Assembly (NCBI GenBank): GCA_963717905.1
Contig: CAVQXM010000003.1
Coordinates: 41,790-105,789 of the forward strand
From: an uncultured Alphaproteobacteria bacterium
Lineage (GTDB): Bacteria; Pseudomonadota; Alphaproteobacteria; Rhizobiales; Xanthobacteraceae
DNA: 64,000 nt
Direction of reading: 5' to 3'
Made by a program: the position numbers and the translations under genes. Shown piece after piece: positions 56,787 to 64,000 of this stretch. The stretch's first letter is position 1. Each line of letters begins with the position of its first letter. Under the pieces are notes generated by a model. It made no database searches. It was not told the origin of the DNA and worked only from the letters and a program-made list of their open reading frames with translations.

Positions 56787-56863
56787 CGGGGTATAGCGCA
56801 GCCTGGTAGCGCGGCAGTTTTGGGTACTGCAGGTCCAAGGTTCGAATCCTTGTGCCCCGACCA
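56787..56863 (+). tRNA. tRNA-Pro(TGG)
   Basis: Anticodon arm GCAGT-TTTGGGT-ACTGC; GGTTCGAATCC; encoded CCA. Confidence 0.97.
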
Positions 56864-57453
56864 CTGCATCTAAGATGCAAATTTACCCACATTTCAGCGA
56901 CAAAGTTGCGACGCGATTTAGCCCGCTCAGCGCCGCGCGTAGGCGGCCGATCGCCTGCCGTCGCATCCCAACTCACCCTTACATAAACGCGTTCATTTAA
57001 AGCAGTCGGTTTCCCGTACCGATACCTCGTGGGCGTATGGCGAGCCTGCAGTCACATGGTGAGCATGCGTCATTGGCGCGAAAGGCGAGTTGGCTGCATG
57101 GTCGATCATCCGATCGCCGCCACGACGCTCAGCATGCGTGTACGCGCTGGCGATTCAAACACCTCCAGCGCACCGCATTGCCACGTGACACGTACGCCAT
57201 GGCCGCCAGCAGCAGGCGAGTCCGTGCGTTACGGCGCATCCCCGCCGATCGCTATACGCGGCACACAACCGTGTTCTTCAATCGAATACGCGCCATCTCT
57301 GTCAGCTGACGTTGCTCGTCGCTGGCTGTTATGTTTGCGGTGATCTGAATAGCTTCCTGACAAACCTAATTTCACAACTGATATGACTGGAATCGCAGCC
57401 TCAAACCCAAGATACCGTTTTGCTCTTGGCTGCGGGCGCGCTATACAGTCTGC

Positions 57454-57542
57454 GTTTAGTGAGATTCCCCAGCGATCGTTGGGACTTTCATCTAAACCTC
57501 CAAGGACCTTCGGCAATGCCCTGCCGAAGGTCCTATTTGTTT
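57454..57542 (+). ncRNA. Candidate two-hairpin sRNA, copy A
   Basis: Paralog of 59680..59762 with compensatory stem changes; CTATAC -10-like box at 57441. Confidence 0.7.
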
Positions 57543-58017
57543 CTGGCATCGGTCACAGGTGATCGCAAGCGCCGTGAAAACATCGCGATTCTGCTGAAAT
57601 CCTGACCATTTCTGATCGATTCGAAACTTTTCAGGCGCGAGAACACGTCGCCATGCGTGTTTTCTTTTTCAGAATATCTTTTTGAGTTAGCTTTTTGACG
57701 TCGTCAGCATTTATCGATCGTGAATCACGTAATAGACTGAAATAGCAAGGTTATTTCTGATTTTCAGCTTAGTTAGGCTGCATAATCTGCAACTGAGAAT
57801 GTGTTCTTTGTGTAACATTACCGGTCTAACTGCTGTCGACCGTGCCGCTTTCAGTTGCTGACAAAGCAATTTCCGACCTAGTTTCCATCAACTGTTCGGC
57901 ATGTTCGTCAGTTGCCGCGACCTTCAATTTGCATCGAACTGAGGTTCATCAATTTGAAACGGGGCTGGGATGTGCAGTGAGAGCTGCACAGCGATACTCG
58001 TTGTACTGGAGATAGTT

Positions 58018-59469
58018 ATGAACGCGATTAAGAGCCTGGTTCTCGGCTCAGCAGCTGGCCTGCTGGCGATCGGCGCCGCTCAGGCTGCGGATTTGCCCGT
58101 CAAGGCAAAGGCAGTGGAATACGTTAAGGTCTGCTCGCTCTATGGCGCAGGCTTCTATTACATCCCAGGTTCGGACACCTGCATCCGCATCGGCGGCGCA
58201 GTTCGCCTCGACACCACCTTCAATGGCGGCACCTACAACACCCCGAGCTTCTCGGGCGTGGGTGGCTTGAATACCCGTGCATCGAACGACTTCACGTCGC
58301 GCGCACGCGTTCACTTCACCCTCGACACGCGCACCGCGACCGAATACGGCGTGCTCCGCACGTTCGCGAACACCAAGATGCAGTGGACCGACACCACCAA
58401 CTCCGTCGCGGGCGGTACGTTTGTCACCGACTACGCTTTCATTCAGTTCGCGGGCTTCACCTTCGGTAAGGCCGTGTCGATGTTCGACACGCAGTGGGTG
58501 CTGTCGCAGCCGACCATTTCGTCGGGCATCATCGGTGGTTCGGACGACAAGACCGGCATCCTGATGGCTGCATACACCGCAACCTTCGGCAACGGTTTCT
58601 CGGGCACGATCTCGCTTGAAGCTCCGCGCGCTTATCGCCGCGGTGGCGTCAACGACATCAACGCCGCGTTCAACGTTCCGGGCTCGTCGGCTGCAGCGAA
58701 CAATGAAGCTGGCAGCCGCATGCCGGAAATCGTCGGCAACCTGCGCCTTGATCAGGCCTGGGGCGCTCTGCACCTCGGCGGTGCGCTGCACGAAGTCGCG
58801 ATGGGCTACCACAACGGCATCGAAGGCAGCGGCAACCACGACAGCAAGTACGGTTTCGCTGTAACCGCTGGCGTCCAGTTCAAGCAGCTCCCGACGGGTG
58901 CTCGCGATACCCTGGGCATCGACTTCACCTATGCTCGCGGCGCATCGACCTACGTGTTCGGCGGCACGCAGAACTCGAACCGTAGCGGCTACGGCATGTT
59001 CTCGGGCCAGAACATCGCATTCGGTCGTTACAACGATGCGTACTTCAGCAACACTGCTGATCTGCAGCTGTCGACTGACATGGGCGCTCGCGTGTTCTTC
59101 GAGCACTACTGGAACCCGCAGTGGCGTACCTCGCTGTTCGGCGCCTGGGCTTATCACCAGAACACCGACACCGCGAACAACCTGCTGCTCGCCAAGTTCA
59201 ACAACGGTGGCGCATTCGGCACCGGTTCGACTGCTGCTCTGTCGGGTGACTTCGACTTCTCGATCTGGCAGATCGGTTCGCGCACCGCATGGACGCCTGT
59301 CAAGGATCTGACCTTCTCGGCAGAAGTTCTGTACACCAAGCTGAACTCCGGTTTGAACGGCACGGTAACGCCGGCTGCTGGCCACTTCGCTGGCAAGGCA
59401 GGCGCTCCTTACGAGCTGAAGGATCAGGGCACGGTCAGCGGCTCGGTCCAGGTTATCCGCAGCTTCTAA
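58018..59469 (+). CDS. Alphaproteobacterial porin (Omp2b/Porin_2 family)
   Basis: KSLVLGSAAGL, ADLP, VEYVKVCSLYGAGFYYIPG.DTC, C-terminal F. Confidence 0.95.
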   Translation: MNAIKSLVLGSAAGLLAIGAAQAADLPVKAKAVEYVKVCSLYGAGFYYIPGSDTCIRIGGAVRLDTTFNGGTYNTPSFSGVGGLNTRASNDFTSRARVHFTLDTRTATEYGVLRTFANTKMQWTDTTNSVAGGTFVTDYAFIQFAGFTFGKAVSMFDTQWVLSQPTISSGIIGGSDDKTGILMAAYTATFGNGFSGTISLEAPRAYRRGGVNDINAAFNVPGSSAAANNEAGSRMPEIVGNLRLDQAWGALHLGGALHEVAMGYHNGIEGSGNHDSKYGFAVTAGVQFKQLPTGARDTLGIDFTYARGASTYVFGGTQNSNRSGYGMFSGQNIAFGRYNDAYFSNTADLQLSTDMGARVFFEHYWNPQWRTSLFGAWAYHQNTDTANNLLLAKFNNGGAFGTGSTAALSGDFDFSIWQIGSRTAWTPVKDLTFSAEVLYTKLNSGLNGTVTPAAGHFAGKAGAPYELKDQGTVSGSVQVIRSF

Positions 59470-59508
59470 TCGCTTAGGGCAGGGCTCAGGCTCTGCAGTC
59501 AGCGTCCG

Positions 59509-59540
59509 GGCCTCCCGCTTCGCGGGGGGCCTTTCTTCTT
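59509..59540 (+). terminator. Porin terminator
   Basis: GGCCTCCCGC-TTC-GCGGGGGGCC followed by TTTCTT. Confidence 0.75.
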
Positions 59541-59679
59541 CCGGCATATCGTATTGGCGATGACGGGCGCACTCGAGTGATCGGTCTTCTGCACCTCAAC
59601 GGCCATGCGGAAAGGCGCTCATAGGCGGCACGCGTCAAGCGAACCTCGCATCGCGGTCGATCGTGCCTATATGCGGTTT

Positions 59680-59762
59680 GTTTAGTGAATTCCCCCGCGA
59701 TCGCGGGGCTTCATCTAAACCTCCACGGACCCCCGACAATGCCCCTGTCGGGGGTCCACTTT
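59680..59762 (+). ncRNA. Candidate two-hairpin sRNA, copy B
   Basis: Paralog of copy A; CTATAT at 59667 with the same spacing to the first stem. Confidence 0.7.
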
Positions 59763-60010
59763 CATCAAGGGGATGTCGTCTCCGTATCAGGACACCATAA
59801 CAGTAGTATCCTACTCATGTGATTGTGCTGTCCTTGTAACAGGCGCTATCAACCCGTTATGGCATTCGTGCTTTTGGTTGCTCGGTCGCGGGCTTTCGCT
59901 CTAGCCTTGTGAGACGTTGAGTCGTCTATGTTTCGCGCGCAACGGCTTAAGTTCTGCGTCATCTGACCGAATTTTTTCGCCCTTGCTGCCGATTCCCGAC
60001 TTGTTGCGTA

Positions 60011-60068
60011 GTGGCGTTGTCGTTCCTCCCGCGACACCACCTGGCCCCCACACTGGGGGCTTTTTTTT
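60011..60068 (+). ncRNA. Candidate short sRNA with anti-SD loop and terminator
   Basis: TGTCG-TTCCTCCCG-CGACA hairpin, then GCCCCCA-CAC-TGGGGGC-T8; no gene immediately upstream. Confidence 0.6.
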
Positions 60069-60100
60069 GTTTGTGTCGGTATTCACTGCAATCGCTTTTC

Positions 60101-60125
60101 CGAACCAAAGCCCAAGCATTGCGTT
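60101..60125 (+). promoter_or_regulatory. EcfG-like promoter
   Basis: CGAAC-N16-CGTT just before the ORF at 60144. Confidence 0.45.
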
Positions 60126-60143
60126 GTCTCGATCCATGGAGAG

Positions 60144-60484
60144 ATGCCAATGATTTTGAAATCAGTTTTTGCGGCAGGTTGTTTCCTTGCGAGCCTCACG
60201 ATTGCTGGCACGACCGCGTCAGCCTTACCTGCGAACGGCGCTGCAGGGTTGGGCGGCTCAGCATCGGTCCCCCTTGAGCAGGTACAGATGACGTGCGACA
60301 TCAATGGTCGATGCTGGGGGAGTCTTGATCGTCGGGCGGCGGCGTTCGCAACGGTTATGTTAATGGGCGCGGTTACGACCGTGGCCCGCGCGCTGATCGG
60401 CGGGACTGGGACCGTCGTCGCTATGACGACCGGCGCCACCGCGATTATGATCGCGGCTATAACCGTGGTTGGGACCGCTGGTAA
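60144..60484 (+). CDS. Small secreted protein with CxxxGxCW motif and R/D/Y/G-rich tail; apparent frameshift ~60335
   Basis: Signal peptide; QMTCDINGRCW; a shifted frame reads GGGVRNGY...DRRDWDRRRYDD...GWDRW*. Confidence 0.65.
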
Positions 60485-60513
60485 GGCACAAATTGACTTG
60501 ATGATCTGACATG

Positions 60514-60543
60514 AAAGGGAGTGGCGCGAGCCTCTCCCTTTTT
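60514..60543. terminator. Bidirectional terminator-like hairpin
   Basis: AAAGGGAG...CTCCCTTTTT. Confidence 0.7.
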
Positions 60544-60558
60544 AGTGCGCGGACGATG

Positions 60559-60591
60559 ACTACTGCGTCACCGGAACTACTGCGTCACCGG
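60559..60591. repeat. 16-bp tandem direct repeat
   Basis: ACTACTGCGTCACCGG at 60559 and 60576. Confidence 0.85.
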
Positions 60592-61764
60592 CGGCGCGGC
60601 AGGCAAGCTGGCTTTCGCCGGTGACGGAGCCGACGTGCCGGCTTTCGGAGCAGGCTTGTCGACCTTCTTGGACCAGGACGTGTAATAGGCCACGCCGCAC
60701 AGAATTATGATGCCGACAACGCTGACTGCAATCTGAGCCCAGATGCTGCCGTAGCTGATCTTGAGAAGGAATTCGGCGACAAAGGACAGGAAAATCCCGA
60801 CACAGAATACGGGTAGGGATTGCTGGCCGCACTTTATGATCGGCTCAAACAGTTTCGATTCAAATCCTGGCCAGTCTTTCCGCACAAACCGCGTGACAAG
60901 GAACGCGATGACGACGAAGTGCAGAACTCGATAGGGTGGCATGTAGGTTTTGTCGTTCGGAAATGCCGCGAGCAGACCGTCTGGAATGAATGCGCCGATT
61001 GTCGGGAAATGCGTGCCAAGGGTGATGAGCATCGCGAACACGAGGTAGGCAACGCCAACCAGCGGCAGCCAGCGCGACTGGATGACCCAGGAGGATTCCT
61101 TCGCTCCGCCAAGTGCAAACCAGGCGCCGAACACGAATAGCACTTGCCACGTGAAGGGATTGAAATACCAGCCGCCCATCGGAAAGCCGGCCAAGTTCCA
61201 CTGATAATGCCTGGCGGCCAGATACAGCACGATGGAAGCGATCATCGTCAGGTTGGGGCGATAAAGCATCAGCCACAGCACGAACGGAAACACCGCCATC
61301 AAAACGATGTAGAGCGGCAGCACGTCCAAATTCAAGGGCTTGAACGACAGCAACAGCCCATTGGCCATCATTTGAAATGGCGATTCCAGGAAGCCGGTGA
61401 CGTTGAACTCGTTCAGGAGTTCGGGGTCCATGAAGAAGTGCGCCACCATACCGACCGCGGTGATGTAAATGAACAGCAGGACGATGTGGGCAACGTAAAG
61501 CTGCCAGACGCGCTTGAGCAACCGGGTCGCGCCGATCACGAAGCCGCGGTTCAGCATCATATTGGCATAGACGAAGGCGGCCGTATAACCGGAGATGAAT
61601 ACGAACAGATCGGCGGCGTCGCTGAAGCCATAGTTTCGTGTGGTGATCCAGTTCACCATATTGTCGTGGATGTGGTCGAGATAGATCGCCCAGTTAGCAA
61701 TGCCACGGAACACGTCGAGCCGGAGATCACGTCCCTTTGGCGGCAAGGTCGCATGGATTTCCAT
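60577..61764 (-). CDS. opgC: OpgC-family membrane protein (glucan acyltransferase-like)
   Basis: RDLRLDVFRG, GFSDAADLFVFISG, DVLPLY, FNPFTWQ. Confidence 0.88.
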   Translation of the reverse strand: MEIHATLPPKGRDLRLDVFRGIANWAIYLDHIHDNMVNWITTRNYGFSDAADLFVFISGYTAAFVYANMMLNRGFVIGATRLLKRVWQLYVAHIVLLFIYITAVGMVAHFFMDPELLNEFNVTGFLESPFQMMANGLLLSFKPLNLDVLPLYIVLMAVFPFVLWLMLYRPNLTMIASIVLYLAARHYQWNLAGFPMGGWYFNPFTWQVLFVFGAWFALGGAKESSWVIQSRWLPLVGVAYLVFAMLITLGTHFPTIGAFIPDGLLAAFPNDKTYMPPYRVLHFVVIAFLVTRFVRKDWPGFESKLFEPIIKCGQQSLPVFCVGIFLSFVAEFLLKISYGSIWAQIAVSVVGIIILCGVAYYTSWSKKVDKPAPKAGTSAPSPAKASLPAAPPVTQ

Positions 61765-61951
61765 GGTAACGGGTCGCTTTCTTGGTTTTTCGACCGTCAG
61801 GCAGCGGTCGCGCGTTGCGATTGTCACTTGACGCGGGAACGACTATATTCGACCAGAAATCAGTAACTTGAAACCAGATGCGTTTGGCGGGCGACTGACA
61901 ACACCGTCGCCGCTAAATCATCGTTTTAGCTTCGAGACAGGCTGCAAATTT

Positions 61952-62257
61952 ATGACCGCACGGATCTTCAAACAACCTAAAAACGCGATGCAATCGGGTA
62001 AGGCGAAGACACGCGATTGGCAGATCAATTTTGAGCCCGAAGAGCCTCGGGTAATCGAGCCGCTGATGGGATGGACGTCGTCGGGCGACATGAAGCAGCA
62101 GATTTCGCTGCACTTCGACACCCGCGAGGAGGCGATCGCCTATTGCGAGCGGGAAGGCATTGCCTATCAGGTTATCGAGCCGGCAATTCCGGTGCAACGC
62201 CATGCTGCCTATTCCGACAATTTCTCATTCCGTCGTATGGAGCCCTGGACCCACTAA
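61952..62257 (+). CDS. ETC complex I subunit (NDUFS4-like)
   Basis: ARIF...NAMQSG, PLMGWTSSGD, YSDNF. Confidence 0.93.
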   Translation: MTARIFKQPKNAMQSGKAKTRDWQINFEPEEPRVIEPLMGWTSSGDMKQQISLHFDTREEAIAYCEREGIAYQVIEPAIPVQRHAAYSDNFSFRRMEPWTH

Positions 62258-62526
62258 GGGCTTACCGAGTGCTGGCTCAGCGTGGGCGGAAACGACCGCG
62301 CCCGCCTGATTTCGCATCGCGCGCTTTGGACCAAAGCGCCGTAACCGGAATGTGCGCGGCCTCCGAAATTTGAGGTTGCGCCACACTGTGATGAAGTGAG
62401 ACGATGCCATAGCGTCGTCTCTGAAGTGACGGCAACAACAAAGAAAAACACCAAAACGGGGAGGCTGCGTCGCTTCGCTCCAGCATCAATCCTACCTCCG
62501 CGGAGTTTCAGCGGAACGCGGATGTC

Positions 62527-64000
62527 ATGCGATCGCTCGTGGCCGAGCTGCGTGACAAACTCGAGCAAGTCGCCAGTGCAGGCGGCGATGCCTCTCGCGC
62601 CCGGCATGAAGCCCGCGGCAAGATGTTGGCCCGTGATCGGGTCGACCTGCTGATCGACCCCGGGACAGCCTTTCTTGAACTCTCGCCACTCGCGGCTTAC
62701 GACCTCTACGGCGGTGACATTCACTCGGCTAGCCTGGTGACCGGGATCGGTCGGGTGTCCGGTCGCGAATGCATGATCGTGGCCAATGACGCCACCATCA
62801 AGGGTGGCACCTATTATCCGATGACCGTGAAAAAGCATCTTCGCGCTCAGGATATTGCCCGTCAGAACAATCTGCCTTGCATCTATCTGGTCGACTCCGG
62901 CGGCGCCTTTCTGCCCCAGCAGGACGATATTTTCCCTGACGAGCGTCATTTCGGGCGCATCTTCTACAATCAGGCGCAGATGTCTGCGCTCGGCATCCCG
63001 CAGATCGCGGCGGTGATGGGCTCGTGCACGGCGGGCGGCGCCTATGTTCCGGCGATGTCAGACGAGAGCATCATCGTGCGCAATCAGGGCACGATCTTTC
63101 TCGGCGGCCCGCCGCTGGTCAAGGCCGCCACCGGCGAGGTCGTGAGCGCCGAGGAGCTTGGCGGGGCGGATGTTCATTCCCGCCAATCCGGCGTGACCGA
63201 TCATCTTGCGCAGAACGATGCCCATGCCATCGGCATCGCGAGGCGGATCGTGTCAAAGCTCAAGCCGGCGCAGCGCGCCCTGCTCAACATGCGCGCGCCG
63301 CGCGAGCCGCTTTATCCGCGCGAGGAAATCTATGGCGTCGTGCCGGCCGATGGCCGCAAGCCCTACGATGTACGCGACATCATCGCCCGGATCGTGGACG
63401 GTTCGGAGTTTGACGAGTTCAAGAAGCTCTATGGCACGACGCTGGTCTGTGGCTTCGCGCATATCTGGGGTTTCCCGGTCGGCATCATCGCCAACAATGG
63501 CATCCTTTTCAGCGAAAGCTCGCTGAAGGGCGCCCATTTCATTGAGTTGTGCTGTCAGCGCAATATTCCGCTGGTGTTCCTGCAGAACATCACCGGCTTT
63601 ATGGTCGGCAAGAAGTATGAAGCGGGCGGCATTGCGCGCGATGGCGCCAAGCTGGTGACGGCCGTCGCAACGGCCAATGTGCCGAAGTTCACCGTCGTCA
63701 TCGGGGGCTCATACGGCGCTGGCAATTACGGCATGTGCGGCCGCGCTTACAGTCCACGGTTCATGTGGATGTGGCCAAACGCCCGCATCTCCGTCATGGG
63801 CGGCGAGCAGGCCGCCATGGTGCTGAGCCAATTGCGCCGCGACAATATCGAAGCCAAGGGCGGAACATGGTCCACCGAAGAGGAGGAGGCGTTCCGCACC
63901 CCGACCCGCGATCAGTTTGAAACGCAGGGCAGCCCGTATTACGCCACGGCGCGGCTGTGGGACGACGGCGTGATTGACCCGGCTGACACGCGCCTCGTGC
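62527..64000 (+). CDS. mccB: Acyl-CoA carboxylase beta subunit, MccB-like (3' end outside window; true start probably ~62467)
   Basis: Translated by hand: [44 protein letters not shown]. Confidence 0.9.
   Translation, partial: MRSLVAELRDKLEQVASAGGDASRARHEARGKMLARDRVDLLIDPGTAFLELSPLAAYDLYGGDIHSASLVTGIGRVSGRECMIVANDATIKGGTYYPMTVKKHLRAQDIARQNNLPCIYLVDSGGAFLPQQDDIFPDERHFGRIFYNQAQMSALGIPQIAAVMGSCTAGGAYVPAMSDESIIVRNQGTIFLGGPPLVKAATGEVVSAEELGGADVHSRQSGVTDHLAQNDAHAIGIARRIVSKLKPAQRALLNMRAPREPLYPREEIYGVVPADGRKPYDVRDIIARIVDGSEFDEFKKLYGTTLVCGFAHIWGFPVGIIANNGILFSESSLKGAHFIELCCQRNIPLVFLQNITGFMVGKKYEAGGIARDGAKLVTAVATANVPKFTVVIGGSYGAGNYGMCGRAYSPRFMWMWPNARISVMGGEQAAMVLSQLRRDNIEAKGGTWSTEEEEAFRTPTRDQFETQGSPYYATARLWDDGVIDPADTRLV

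Noticed and set aside
50142-56863. Genomic island or prophage at either tRNA
   Set aside because: No integrase, phage genes or duplicated tRNA 3' end seen.
57029-57343. ORFs downstream of tRNA-Pro
   Set aside because: No RBS, motif or convincing composition in any frame.
58048-59547. 499-aa antisense ORF over the porin, and other long antisense ORFs (e.g. 7426-8667, 26593-27831)
   Set aside because: Shadow frames of GC-biased real genes; no recognisable motifs.
57454-59762. Twin elements as CRISPR repeats or transposon ends
   Set aside because: Only two copies 2.2 kb apart, in direct orientation and diverged with covariation; no cas or transposase gene.

Overview
A GC-rich alphaproteobacterial chromosome segment; the proteins look like Nitrobacteraceae/Bradyrhizobiaceae. 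It is mostly core genes: a carbamoyltransferase running off the left edge, M23 peptidase, bcp, a YhdP/AsmA-like gene, tyrS, anmK, an iscS-like gene followed by sufBCDS-sufT-sufA, a diguanylate cyclase, a DEAD-box helicase, parE, paiB-argC, phaC, hom-glpX, recJ, efp-epmA-epmB, tRNA-Glu, gloA, hns, a sirtuin, a cold-shock protein, tRNA-Pro, a porin, opgC and an mccB-like gene running off the right edge. No integrase, transposase or CRISPR array was seen. About ten single-base frameshifts in ordinary genes look like sequencing errors. The best signals are non-coding. (1) An Arg4 leader peptide with 1:2/2:3/3:4 alternative hairpins lies in front of paiB-argC. (2) Two paralogous ~90-nt two-hairpin RNAs with compensatory base changes flank the porin gene; their invariant core is the reverse complement of an SD+ATG. 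A third anti-SD sRNA candidate lies beside them. (3) Three small genes carry EcfG-type promoters.
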